DNA of 64,000 bases from Bacilli bacterium. GTDB lineage: Bacteria > Bacillota_I > Bacilli_A > RF39 > UBA660. This document shows positions 35,085 through 43,832 of this stretch, piece after piece. Under the pieces are notes generated by a model. The model worked only from the letters and a program-made list of their open reading frames with translations, did no database searches and was not told the origin of the DNA. The translations under genes and the position numbers were made by a program. Position 1 is the first letter of the stretch. Each line of letters opens with the position of its first letter. The stretch lies in the NCBI GenBank assembly GCA_051872635.1, contig JBJEEA010000009.1, positions 7,513 to 71,512 on the forward strand, written 5' to 3'.

Positions 35085-36318
35085 AATTATTAACCTCGTT
35101 AAATATTTGTTTAGTTTTATCGTATTCCATTTCAACATAACCAGTAACACCATCACGATTTTTAACAATTTCAACATTCATTTGATTAACCGATGTGATA
35201 TTATTCTTATCTTTTTCATCGCGATATAGTAATATAACCTTACTAGCACTATTTTCTAATTCCCCACTATCTTTTAACATTGCTAAACTGGGTCTTTCAC
35301 TTTGGTAAGCTCCTCTATTTAATTGGCTTGCAGATATAATAGTACAATCATATTCTAGACACATCTGTCTTAATTGTTTTGCAACTTCTGTTGCTTGTTC
35401 GTATAAACTTTTTGTATTATCTGCTCTTGTTAATCCAAGATGGTCTATAAATAATATCGTATGTCTATTTTTATCTTTCATTTTAATTAGTAAATTTTTT
35501 ATTTGTTTTATATCATTTGCTTTATGCTCTATCACAATTCCAGCATTTTCTATTTTATCAATAGCCTTTTCTATTAATTGCCTTTGATATTCACTTTGCG
35601 GGTTCAAAATATCATCAATCTTAATATTTGCTTCTATTGAAATAAGTCTTTTGTAAATTGTACTCTTACTCATTTCCATATTGAAATATATACACTGATA
35701 TCTTTCCATTAAATCAATCATAAGATTTAACATAAATCCTGATTTACCAGCACCAGTTGTTGCACCTATTATTAAAAAATCTCCTTGTACTAGTTTTAAG
35801 AAATTATTTAATTTATTAAATTTATTTAGTCTAATTTCAATATTTTCTATATTAATATTGGTAAGTAGTTCTTCCTTATCAACAGTATTTGATCCTCTAA
35901 TCAATTCAATATCATCTAACTGTCTCATCTTCTGAATGAACCCATCATAACTTATCTGTTTTCTTTCTAGTTTTTCATTCATTACCTTAACTAAATCTTC
36001 TTTATAAAATCTGACTATACTTTCTTCGCACACTTTTAACTGTTCTTTCCAAGCATTGTTATAATAAAAAGTATTTATCATTAAATCCATCATCCATTCA
36101 AAATTAATATCTTTATGCTTTTCATATATCTTCATCGGACTAACTACCTTATACTCCTCATAACATTCTTTACAATACTCAAACAACTTCTGATTTTTTG
36201 AATTGCTTAAATACTGTGGTCTTATCTGTGTGACATCAAATAATTCATTTTTATTTAATAACAAAGCCATATACTCATTTTCTATTTCTTCTCTATTATC
36301 AAGAGTTATTGCTAACAT
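35062..36318 (-). CDS. Replicative DNA helicase (DnaB-like).
   Basis: FLIIGATTGAGKSGFMLNLMIDL Walker A motif, HLGLTRADN, and a RecA-like C-terminal fold typical of DnaB family helicases. Confidence 0.75.
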   Translation of the reverse strand: MLAITLDNREEIENEYMALLLNKNELFDVTQIRPQYLSNSKNQKLFEYCKECYEEYKVVSPMKIYEKHKDINFEWMMDLMINTFYYNNAWKEQLKVCEESIVRFYKEDLVKVMNEKLERKQISYDGFIQKMRQLDDIELIRGSNTVDKEELLTNINIENIEIRLNKFNKLNNFLKLVQGDFLIIGATTGAGKSGFMLNLMIDLMERYQCIYFNMEMSKSTIYKRLISIEANIKIDDILNPQSEYQRQLIEKAIDKIENAGIVIEHKANDIKQIKNLLIKMKDKNRHTILFIDHLGLTRADNTKSLYEQATEVAKQLRQMCLEYDCTIISASQLNRGAYQSERPSLAMLKDSGELENSASKVILLYRDEKDKNNITSVNQMNVEIVKNRDGVTGYVEMEYDKTKQIFNEVNNYDNRNGY

Positions 36319-36971
36319 CAGCCTAACCTCCTTCTATTATCGATTTTTATCTTTCCACTCTCTAAATCTTTTTTATACCAGTAATTTACTTTTGCTTTCC
36401 AATTCTTTATTTCTGTACCATTCTTATTTAACCAACCATTTGCTTCGTAATAGTTATAGAAATTTTCATAATCAAAGTTTCCCATATTATTGTCAAAACA
36501 ATAAGAACGAAGTTCAGAAAGTGTGGGTGCGAGTGATGGTGTATTCTCTACACACACACTTCTTTTATTCTTTATTTCTTTATATTCTTCTATTGTGGTT
36601 AGGTGTTGGTTAGCTGCTGGTTGGTTGTTGGTTAGATGCTGGTTAATTTCTTGGTTAGTCTCTTGATATTTTTCATAATTAACTATTGTAATTATTGAGA
36701 AATTTTTAGTTGTTTTGATGGTTATTTCGTTGGTTGATTTTAATCGTTTTAATGCAGTTCTTATTGATTGTTCTGAAATATTTAATTCTTGAGACAATTG
36801 TCTTCTCCCTGTAACAAAACTACCTCTCGGAATATCATAGCCTTGAAATCTTCCATCTTTCCAATTTGCCTTTAATAAACAATGTATAAATACATTTTTT
36901 GCATTTTCGTTTTTATACCATTCCCAATCTAACATCTTTCTGTATATTTTTATAAAGCCTTGATTGTCCAT
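36318..36971 (-). CDS. Replisome organizer / DnaD-like replication initiation protein.
   Basis: N-terminal MDNQGFIKIYRKMLDWEWY is the characteristic start of phage replisome-organizer N-domains. The gene contains the iteron repeats. Confidence 0.65.
   Translation of the reverse strand: MDNQGFIKIYRKMLDWEWYKNENAKNVFIHCLLKANWKDGRFQGYDIPRGSFVTGRRQLSQELNISEQSIRTALKRLKSTNEITIKTTKNFSIITIVNYEKYQETNQEINQHLTNNQPAANQHLTTIEEYKEIKNKRSVCVENTPSLAPTLSELRSYCFDNNMGNFDYENFYNYYEANGWLNKNGTEIKNWKAKVNYWYKKDLESGKIKIDNRRRLG
36596..36660. repeat. Six direct 11-bp iterons (TGGTTAGNTGN). Putative phage origin of replication embedded in the replisome-organizer gene.
   Basis: Reads TGGTTAGGTGT TGGTTAGCTGC TGGTTGGTTGT TGGTTAGATGC TGGTTAATTTCT TGGTTAG. 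GC-rich island in an AT-rich genome. Confidence 0.6.
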
Positions 36972-36984
36972 AAGGATTACCTCC

Positions 36985-37608
36985 TTATAAATTCAATCCA
37001 GCATTATCTAAAAACTTATCTAACTCCTCATCTGTTAATTGTCTAGCAATAGGGTTATTCTTGTTCTTCTGATAATCCTCATATTCAACCATTTCCCCAC
37101 TGATTAACTTAACTTTAGGTATTTTTACCTCATTTAACTTATCTAAACTTCTAAATTGAACTAATTTAGTAGTAGTTTTTATTTCTCCTTTATCATTCTG
37201 GTATTCCTCTAAGCCAAATACTCCAACAATTTTTAATCCTTTAAATTGTGTTAAATCTAACTCTTTTCCTTCTTCTACTTTTATCTTTATATTGTTAGAT
37301 TTTTCCACAGTAGTAATAAAACCTTTTAAATAAGACATTTGTTCTTCTTTGAGAGATAAATACTTAACTGCTCCTGTAGGCCACTTCTTTTCTGATAAAT
37401 TATTGTTATCATATTGCTTTTTAAAATAGTCTTTAAATTCATTATTTTCATCAATATCAATTGATACCTTTAGCGAAGTATTACCACTTGTTTCGCTTGT
37501 GTATTCTCTTACATCAAGTATTCTACAAACGTGTCCTCCTAATGTTAAACTTGTAAAATCACCTGCTTCTTTTGATTCTATTTCATTCCAATTTTTTGGT
37601 ATTATCAT
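36985..37608 (-). CDS. DUF669-like phage protein (possible ssDNA-binding partner of the Sak4-like ATPase).
   Basis: About 200 aa, positioned between the AAA_24 ATPase and replisome-organizer genes. This synteny is common in siphoviruses. Confidence 0.3.
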   Translation of the reverse strand: MIIPKNWNEIESKEAGDFTSLTLGGHVCRILDVREYTSETSGNTSLKVSIDIDENNEFKDYFKKQYDNNNLSEKKWPTGAVKYLSLKEEQMSYLKGFITTVEKSNNIKIKVEEGKELDLTQFKGLKIVGVFGLEEYQNDKGEIKTTTKLVQFRSLDKLNEVKIPKVKLISGEMVEYEDYQKNKNNPIARQLTDEELDKFLDNAGLNL

Positions 37609-37610
37609 AA

Positions 37611-37850
37611 TTATTTTTCCTCTCTTCCTTTATTTAGTTTTGAATTATCCCAATTAATATTAATTTTAACATCTTTATATCTGAGCTTTAAAATATTAAC
37701 TGCTTTATCAATCAATATTTTCGCTTCATTAATGTATAATCTTGTACTCAATATTAATTTTACTTCTCCAGATATTAAATTTTCATATAATACTGCTGTT
37801 CCGTCTATATCATAGTCATTGTAACTAAAACACACTTCTAAAGTTATCAT
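37611..37850 (-). CDS. Hypothetical protein.
   Basis: Small ORF, translationally coupled. Confidence 0.35.
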   Translation of the reverse strand: MITLEVCFSYNDYDIDGTAVLYENLISGEVKLILSTRLYINEAKILIDKAVNILKLRYKDVKININWDNSKLNKGREEK

Positions 37851-39259
37851 TATTGTTCTTCACTTCCTTGTTTATCCAATTCATAATAATCTCTTATTAT
37901 TTCGTCAACTTTTTTCAAATCATTTTCCATTTCTTCTATGTCAAACATTCCGATAGGTGTTTTAACGCAATCTTGTCCATTTGTTTTTAATCTAAAAATA
38001 TAATTACCATTTTCAAACATTGATCTGATACATACAGTAAACATACCTTGAATATTAACTTTATCATCTAGTAATTTACCAATCGTTTTAGGTTTAACAT
38101 TTCCATCATCATCTGAATCTTCGTGCATTATAAGAAAAACCGTCTTGCCACCCTTAATATTTTTAATACCTTGTATTAGATTCCAGAAATTGTTTGCTAA
38201 CTCATTATATTTATCAAAACCTTTAACACTTGATTTAGCCATAAATTCATTTGTGATTAAATAATTAGCATCATCAATTACTATTGTTTTTTTATCTGTT
38301 TTTTCAATAGCAGCTAGTATAGTTTTATAATCATCACACTTAGGTGCATTCAAATCATTTTTGAAAGGCAATGGTTTACCTAAAACATTAACTATTGCAA
38401 TTTCTTCTTTCTTAAAATTTCTCATTGAAGCAGATTTTCCACTTCCACTTTTACCAATCAATAATACTGGTACACTATTCATATTTTTCACTCTCCTATT
38501 TTCATATATTTCAATCACTTCTTTGCGAAGTTCTAGAGGCTCTATTACCTCATAATTATCTTTGTTACAATCAAAATAGATTAATAACTTGTCCTTTACT
38601 TTTAACCCTGTCATATACTCAATTTTATATGCATAGGCATTAAGCTGAAGTGAGTAATGTATATAATTACAATCTTCATATTTTTGTAAAGGAACCTTCA
38701 TTTTTTTGTGCCCGAAACTTTCATAATCAATCTTTTTATTACTTTTAAAATCAATTACTAAAAGTTCATTTGTAAACTTGTTTATAAGTAACATATCTGT
38801 AGCACCACATTCATCGTAATCAGGCACTCCAAGATATATCTCACAACCAATTAATTCATACATATCTTTGTAATCATTGTAGAAATTAATAGCTTGTCCA
38901 CTCATATTACATAATTCTTTTTGTAATCTTAGTAAGTTAATTTCTTTTGGTATATAATCATATTTAAATATATAATCTTTTCCTTCCCACAAGCTTTGTG
39001 CAAATTCATGTATCATTGCCCCTTTAATTGTTGAATGCAAATTCTCTATTCGCCATTCCTCTAAAACATCTAATTGACTTATTCCTCGTTTTGCAGCAAT
39101 GCTTGCAGATGTTATCCATTTATCAAATTCTTGCGAATATTCATGAATAAGTCCTGTTGTACTAATTCCTACTTTTTGTCCATTATAATAGTAAGTGTGT
39201 GACCCCTCAAAAAACTCATAATCTTTAAATGTTTCTAAAATTGTATTTTTAATATCCAT
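37850..39259 (-). CDS. Fusion of an N-terminal PD-(D/E)xK-like nuclease domain with a C-terminal AAA_24 (Sak4-like) ATPase.
   Basis: The N-terminal half carries a Cas4/RecB-like pattern. The C-terminal half has VLLIGKSGSGKSASMRNF (Walker A) and VIDDANYLI (Walker B). Confidence 0.5.
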   Translation of the reverse strand: MDIKNTILETFKDYEFFEGSHTYYYNGQKVGISTTGLIHEYSQEFDKWITSASIAAKRGISQLDVLEEWRIENLHSTIKGAMIHEFAQSLWEGKDYIFKYDYIPKEINLLRLQKELCNMSGQAINFYNDYKDMYELIGCEIYLGVPDYDECGATDMLLINKFTNELLVIDFKSNKKIDYESFGHKKMKVPLQKYEDCNYIHYSLQLNAYAYKIEYMTGLKVKDKLLIYFDCNKDNYEVIEPLELRKEVIEIYENRRVKNMNSVPVLLIGKSGSGKSASMRNFKKEEIAIVNVLGKPLPFKNDLNAPKCDDYKTILAAIEKTDKKTIVIDDANYLITNEFMAKSSVKGFDKYNELANNFWNLIQGIKNIKGGKTVFLIMHEDSDDDGNVKPKTIGKLLDDKVNIQGMFTVCIRSMFENGNYIFRLKTNGQDCVKTPIGMFDIEEMENDLKKVDEIIRDYYELDKQGSEEQ

Positions 39260-39322
39260 AAATTCCCATTTGATTTTTTATCTATACTATGTTAGAATTA
39301 TAGTGTAAATAATTTATCCAAA

Positions 39323-39556
39323 TTATTTATTTGTGTGTTTAACAGTTCCAGTGTTAGACACATTTTTTATTTGATTGTAAATGTCATAAGATACATAAAG
39401 AGACAATATAAAAGTTATAAATCCAAATAAGGTCCAACTTGTTAGTTTACCGGATATAATTGGATAAACCAACAATATATACAAGTCATAGATTACAATT
39501 CCTACACATATTACAAAGATTACTAATTTAAATACATTTTTCCAATTTAATTTCAC
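39323..39556 (-). CDS. Small membrane protein (two transmembrane helices). Possible superinfection-exclusion function.
   Basis: Two hydrophobic helices, 77 aa. Confidence 0.35.
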   Translation of the reverse strand: MKLNWKNVFKLVIFVICVGIVIYDLYILLVYPIISGKLTSWTLFGFITFILSLYVSYDIYNQIKNVSNTGTVKHTNK

Positions 39557-39557
39557 A

Positions 39558-39839
39558 TCACATCATACCCTTTCTCATCTTATTCGCTTCTCTTCTAATT
39601 AAAGATACATCTATATTTAGTCTTTCAACAACTTTTTTTGTTGGTACTAATATAGGTCTAGTCTTAAAATAAAACTCCCCTGTCTTGTCCATTTCATCTG
39701 TAAGGTTTTTCCTAAAATTATTAACAGCATTCTTACCAGTTGGTATAATTACCATTAAATCTTCTGTGGATAACCAGGGTTTATTTAATACCTTTTCTTG
39801 TTCTGTATAATCAGATACAGGTCTTTTTTTTCTTTTCAT
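39558..39839 (-). CDS. Putative excisionase/DNA-binding protein (Tn916 Xis-like HTH).
   Basis: WLSTEDLMVIIPTGKNAVNNFRKNL...GEFYFKTRPILVPTKKVVERL has a pattern similar to Xis-type winged HTH proteins. Confidence 0.3.
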   Translation of the reverse strand: MKRKKRPVSDYTEQEKVLNKPWLSTEDLMVIIPTGKNAVNNFRKNLTDEMDKTGEFYFKTRPILVPTKKVVERLNIDVSLIRREANKMRKGMM

Positions 39840-39879
39840 TTTTTCTCCTATCGTGATAGGCTATTGCAGTAGCCTTTTA

Positions 39880-40113
39880 TTATTCATTTTTCAAATCTTC
39901 GAATACGCTTTTAGCGTTATTTGGCGGTAAAAAAATAATATCATTATAATTCATACCTGTAGAAATTAATATATTATTGATTATAGGAACATCAGGAAAT
40001 GTTTTAAAATTTTCATAATTCTCTAATGTATACACGCTGATCCCATACTTTTCTGCCGTTTCTTCCTTTGTCCAGCCTTTATTAATTCTTATCGCTTTTA
40101 AGGTCATTTTCAT
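39880..40113 (-). CDS. Cro-like HTH early regulator.
   Basis: XRE-type HTH (WTKEETAEKYGISVYTLENYE). Divergent from the cI-like gene, with a shared operator. Confidence 0.6.
   Translation of the reverse strand: MKMTLKAIRINKGWTKEETAEKYGISVYTLENYENFKTFPDVPIINNILISTGMNYNDIIFLPPNNAKSVFEDLKNE
39904..39920. promoter_or_regulatory. Operator copy 1: TACGCTTTTAGCGTTAT (dyad ACGC-N5-GCGT).
   Basis: 17-bp exact repeat of 40145..40161. Confidence 0.45.
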
Positions 40114-40144
40114 ATTATCACCTCCAACCTTAATTACATTTTAC

Positions 40145-40161
40145 TACGCTTTTAGCGTTAT
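40145..40161. promoter_or_regulatory. Operator copy 2, inside the early-promoter spacer.
   Basis: On the minus strand: TTGACA, then a 17-nt spacer containing ACGCTAAAAGCGT, then TAAAAT. Confidence 0.5.
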
Positions 40162-40207
40162 GTCAATACTTTTTTACGCAAAAAACATATTTTTTTATAT
40201 TTTTTGT

Positions 40208-40238
40208 TGAAAAAAATACGCCTATAGTGTATAATATA
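40208..40238 (+). promoter_or_regulatory. Promoter of the cI-like repressor gene.
   Basis: TTGAAA, 17 nt, TATAAT, then a GAGGTGA RBS before the ATG at 40255. Confidence 0.45.
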
Positions 40239-40254
40239 CATGTGAGGTGATAAT

Positions 40255-40611
40255 ATGAGCGATTTAGGAAATAAAGAAATTTTTGCAAATAATTTAAAAT
40301 ATTACCTAAAATTATACGATATAGACAGAAATAAAGTTTGTGATAGCTTATCTATTCCCTACTCAACATTCGCCGATTGGATAAATGCAAAAAAATACCC
40401 TAGAATTGACAAGATAGAAATATTGGCAAATTACTTTGGAATTGAAAAGTCGGATTTAATCGAAGACAAAAATAAAAATATTCAAAATACAAGACAAGTT
40501 TTATTTGACAAAACTAAAGACTTATTGTCTGATGATGATTGGGCTACTATTGAGTTTATAATGAATAAAACAATTGCAAATTATGAAAAAAATAAAAATA
40601 ATATGGAATAA
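40255..40611 (+). CDS. XRE-family (cI/ImmR-like) phage repressor.
   Basis: N-terminal HTH_3 (FANNLKYYLKLYDIDRNKVCDSLSIPYSTFADWINAKKYP). Followed by a metallopeptidase gene, as in ImmR-ImmA modules. Confidence 0.75.
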   Translation: MSDLGNKEIFANNLKYYLKLYDIDRNKVCDSLSIPYSTFADWINAKKYPRIDKIEILANYFGIEKSDLIEDKNKNIQNTRQVLFDKTKDLLSDDDWATIEFIMNKTIANYEKNKNNME

Positions 40612-40643
40612 GTGCGCTAGTATAGGTACTTAATAAAGGAGTA

Positions 40644-40979
40644 TTGAGCATTATGAATATATTAAATTTATTATCTGGGGAAATTACGCAAAAAGAACTG
40701 TTAAATTATTATAATGCAACTATTATATATGAAGAATTACCAGTGCAAATAAATGGCTTAGTGTTTGACTATGATGATGTAAACTTCATTATAATAAACA
40801 AAAACTTATCTTATTACAAAAGAAAAAAAACAATTCTTCATGAATTGGCTCATATTGAATTAAATCAGTTAAATCAGATTGATAGAGATTTATTCTCATT
40901 TAAAATTGATAATTATGAAGATGCTGCTGATGTATATATTAAATTTTTAATTGAAAATGTGGTGAAATCAAATGAATGA
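40644..40979 (+). CDS. ImmA/IrrE-family zinc metallopeptidase (anti-repressor protease).
   Basis: HELAHIEL matches the HExxH motif. The small protein lies directly after the XRE repressor. Confidence 0.65.
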   Translation: MSIMNILNLLSGEITQKELLNYYNATIIYEELPVQINGLVFDYDDVNFIIINKNLSYYKRKKTILHELAHIELNQLNQIDRDLFSFKIDNYEDAADVYIKFLIENVVKSNE

Positions 40980-42132
40980 ATCAATATATAAAATCAAGTA
41001 CTTGTATTATAAAAAAATAGGAAATGTAAAATTAGCTGAGCATATGTTTAATTTTACTGATAGCGAAAAAAAATCAGAACAAGAATTTTTAAATTGGTTG
41101 CGTAGTAAATGTTCCGGAAGAATGGATTATTTCGATATAGCAATCAAATTATGTGGCAAGCCCATTACTAAACACAGGAGATTTTTGTTAGCAAAAATAT
41201 ATGCTTGGCATTCTGTTGTATATGCAGATAAAGCAATTTATTACATAAATCTTTACTTAAATAATGGACTATATGGTGGTGCATATAAACATATTAATTA
41301 TGGTAATGATACAATATCTAGCCGAAAAAACATTCATTTATCTGACATGTACATGTACTTAGGACAATCATATGAAAGATTAAAAGATTATGATAATGCT
41401 ATAAAATATTATAAAGAAGAAATAAAATATAGACCAGAAGTTCCAGTTGGATATGTGCACATTGCTAATGTCTATAAAAATAAAAAAGAATTACAACATG
41501 CAATCGACATTTTAGAACAAGCTAAAAATTCTAAATATTATGTAATTACAGAAGTTAAAGATTATTTTGGGAATTCTTATAACCCACCATTATATAATAA
41601 ATCATTTGTTGATGTAATTGATAGATATTTAAATGAATATAAAGATTTGAAATTAGGAATTAAAAAACATGAATTTTCTGGTTTTGACTATGTTGAAGGT
41701 ATAAATAATAAATATATACAATTACGATATAATGAATTAAAAAATGAATATAAAACAATATTTGATATTCATAGACAACATTTGAGAAAAAATGATGAAC
41801 TTTCTTTTAGAATAGAAAATGAAACAAATAGTACTTTATTTGAAGAATATACAGAAAATTGTTTGCAAGATATTGATGTATATAAATCCCTTGAAATTTT
41901 TTATTTCAAACTAAATAATTTTGGACTAAACAATCATTATAAATATCAGGATAGTTATTCCAATGGTTATCTATTACCAAAAAAATGTTGTATCTTTCTA
42001 GAAAAATATAAAAGATATGATGATGCTATATTAATTTGCAAAAAAGCAATTGAAAATGGTATCATCGATGATGGAACTAAGGGTAAAATGTATAAAAGAT
42101 TAGAAAAGTTAGAAAAGTTAGCAAAAAAATAA
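40972..42132 (+). CDS. TPR-repeat protein of 386 aa. Rap/RRNPP-like candidate signal receptor.
   Basis: The start overlaps the immA-like stop (ATGAATGA). Central TPR-like repeats include YERLKDYDNAIKYYKEEIK and VGYVHIANVYKNKKELQHAIDILEQA. Its size matches Rap/AimR-class regulators. Confidence 0.55.
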   Translation: MNESIYKIKYLYYKKIGNVKLAEHMFNFTDSEKKSEQEFLNWLRSKCSGRMDYFDIAIKLCGKPITKHRRFLLAKIYAWHSVVYADKAIYYINLYLNNGLYGGAYKHINYGNDTISSRKNIHLSDMYMYLGQSYERLKDYDNAIKYYKEEIKYRPEVPVGYVHIANVYKNKKELQHAIDILEQAKNSKYYVITEVKDYFGNSYNPPLYNKSFVDVIDRYLNEYKDLKLGIKKHEFSGFDYVEGINNKYIQLRYNELKNEYKTIFDIHRQHLRKNDELSFRIENETNSTLFEEYTENCLQDIDVYKSLEIFYFKLNNFGLNNHYKYQDSYSNGYLLPKKCCIFLEKYKRYDDAILICKKAIENGIIDDGTKGKMYKRLEKLEKLAKK

Positions 42133-42167
42133 AAAAAGACTAGCCTGCTGCAACAGAACTAGTCAGA

Positions 42168-42224
42168 ATGAAAAACAAATTTAGCGACAAAACTAAGATC
42201 AATTTTTATGAGGAGGAAATCTAA
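42168..42224 (+). CDS. Possible 18-aa peptide ORF (MKNKFSDKTKINFYEEEI).
   Basis: ATG..TAA ORF whose stop overlaps the next ATG (TAATG). Weak RBS. Hydrophilic, no signal peptide. Confidence 0.15.
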   Translation: MKNKFSDKTKINFYEEEI

Positions 42225-42346
42225 TGAAAGAAATAGATGAGAAAACAAAAGAGATTTTAGCGGATAGATTTATAAAAGCAATTATAGAAGTATTAGAAAT
42301 GAAATATGATGTTGAAATAAAATATACATTAAAAGATAAGAATTAA
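42224..42346 (+). CDS. Small protein of 40 aa (MKEIDEKTKEILADRFIKAIIEVLEMKYDVEIKYTLKDKN).
   Basis: Strong GAGGAGGA RBS 5 nt upstream. Lies between the TPR protein and integrase genes. Confidence 0.35.
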   Translation: MKEIDEKTKEILADRFIKAIIEVLEMKYDVEIKYTLKDKN

Positions 42347-42491
42347 AAAAAGAGCCAGTGCTGGAACACCGACTCAAACACTATAAAAGTGTATGTAAAA
42401 TTAAATTGTTCTTGCGACAGACAATTGGTTTTTTACATACTCTAATTATAGCAAATGCAAAGAAAAAAAGCAATAAGGAGAGTGATAATTT

Positions 42492-43625
42492 ATGCCAGTT
42501 TATAAGACAAAAACTGAAAAAACAAAAGATAATAAAATATGGTATTTTAAATGCAATTATAAAGATGTTTATGGAAACATAAAGCAAAAGAAAAGTAAAA
42601 AATATGCAACAAGAGACGAAGCGCTGAAAGAAGAAGCAAAATTTAAACTAAAACAAGATGAAGTTTCAGTTTTAAATACTACTATGTATGATTTATATAA
42701 TGCCTATTTCTTTTTAGACGACAGTATAATAAATAGAGAGTCAACATTATATACTAAAGAATATAGAGTTAGAAAATATATACTACCATTCTTTATAAAT
42801 AATAAAAATGGTAAGTACTCTGATTTATCCACAGTTAATGTTGATAAAATTAAAAAATGGAAAATATGGCTAAATGAAAAAAAATTGTCATTACAAACAA
42901 AGAAATCATTATTTAATACTTTCTCTTCTTTAATGAGTTATGCCGTAGAAAAGTATAGTTTAGAATATAATCCTTTAAAACTTGTTGAAAATTTTAGAGA
43001 AAAGAACGATAAGGTAGTTGAAGAAGAAAAAGTCAGATTTATGACTAATGAAGAATATAGAATATTTATTGATGAAGTAGATGATGATTTTAAAGTAGTG
43101 TTTCACTTCTTATATGAAATTGGATGCCGTAAAGGTGAAATGACATCTTTAAAATGGAAAAATGTTGATTTAAAAAACGAAAGAGTAAAATTAAATACAA
43201 CATTTTCTCGCAAAAGAGATGGTAGCCTTACTATTGCAAATACAAAAAATGGCAAAAACAAATATGTTGATATGTCTCCAAAGTTAGTTGAAGAACTAAC
43301 CGAATTATACAACAAGATGAAAAAACTGGATGGTTTCTCTGATGAATGGTTTGTGTTTGGTGGGATAAAATATCTTTCCTACACTACTCTAGGAAGAAAA
43401 AAAGATGAAGCATTTGAAAGATTAAAAGAAAAAGGTATAAATATAACTAATATAACAATACATGAATTTAGGCATAGTTCTGCTAGTTATATGATTAGTA
43501 ATAATATACCAATAGAAGTAATAGCATACAGATTAGGAGATACACCTGAAACTATCAGAAGAACTTATGCTCACCTATTTCCTGATGCTCAAAAAGATGT
43601 AAAAGGATTATTTAATAATTTATAA
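42492..43625 (+). CDS. int: Tyrosine integrase (phage integrase family).
   Basis: C-terminal catalytic motifs: R in GCRKGE, HEFRHSSASYM (H-x-x-R), ETIRRTYAHL (Y). Confidence 0.9.
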   Translation: MPVYKTKTEKTKDNKIWYFKCNYKDVYGNIKQKKSKKYATRDEALKEEAKFKLKQDEVSVLNTTMYDLYNAYFFLDDSIINRESTLYTKEYRVRKYILPFFINNKNGKYSDLSTVNVDKIKKWKIWLNEKKLSLQTKKSLFNTFSSLMSYAVEKYSLEYNPLKLVENFREKNDKVVEEEKVRFMTNEEYRIFIDEVDDDFKVVFHFLYEIGCRKGEMTSLKWKNVDLKNERVKLNTTFSRKRDGSLTIANTKNGKNKYVDMSPKLVEELTELYNKMKKLDGFSDEWFVFGGIKYLSYTTLGRKKDEAFERLKEKGINITNITIHEFRHSSASYMISNNIPIEVIAYRLGDTPETIRRTYAHLFPDAQKDVKGLFNNL

Positions 43626-43638
43626 AAATTAATAAATT

Positions 43639-43659
43639 TTAGGTACACTTTAGGTACAC
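43639..43659. repeat. Tandem TTAGGTACAC TTAGGTACAC. Putative integrase arm-type sites (P arm).
   Basis: Same tandem motif as 6970..6990, immediately after the int stop. Confidence 0.55.
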
Positions 43660-43764
43660 ATTTTTTAAAATAACATAAAAAAACACATAAAATTAACTAT
43701 ATTAAAATTAAACAAACACTTATTTTATAAGGCTTTTAGCAAATGATAAAATTAACTAATATTT

Positions 43765-43782
43765 TCCCCTCATCTGCTCCAT
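43765..43782. repeat. attR core, TCCCCTCATCTGCTCCAT (partial tRNA 3'-end copy).
   Basis: Exact 18-bp direct repeat of 6902..6919. Confidence 0.8.
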
Positions 43783-43794
43783 TGAGGTTAATAC

Positions 43795-43830
43795 TCGCAC
43801 ACTTATATAGTGATTGCGAGTTTTTTATTT
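43795..43830 (+). terminator. Original host terminator of the tRNA gene, displaced by phage integration.
   Basis: CTCGCA...TGCGAG hairpin followed by TTTTTTATTTT, about 12 nt after the attR tRNA-end copy. Confidence 0.55.
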
Positions 43831-43832
43831 TA

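Larger units (their letters stand above)
6902..43782. mobile_element. Integrated siphovirus-type temperate prophage, about 36.9 kb, with tyrosine integrase, inserted at the 3' end of the tRNA-like gene.
   Basis: An 18-bp direct repeat marks both ends. Between them lie complete lysis, tail, head, packaging, replication and lysogeny modules plus an integrase. Confidence 0.85.

Noticed and set aside
36596-36660. Possible CRISPR array.
   Set aside because: The repeats are only 11 bp, contiguous without spacers, and lie inside a coding sequence. They are iterons, not CRISPR. No cas genes are present anywhere in the window.
42168-42224. The 18-aa ORF as an AimP/Phr-type secreted signalling propeptide.
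   Set aside because: It has no signal peptide or hydrophobic segment and only a weak RBS. It is kept only as a low-confidence ORF, not as an arbitrium-type peptide.
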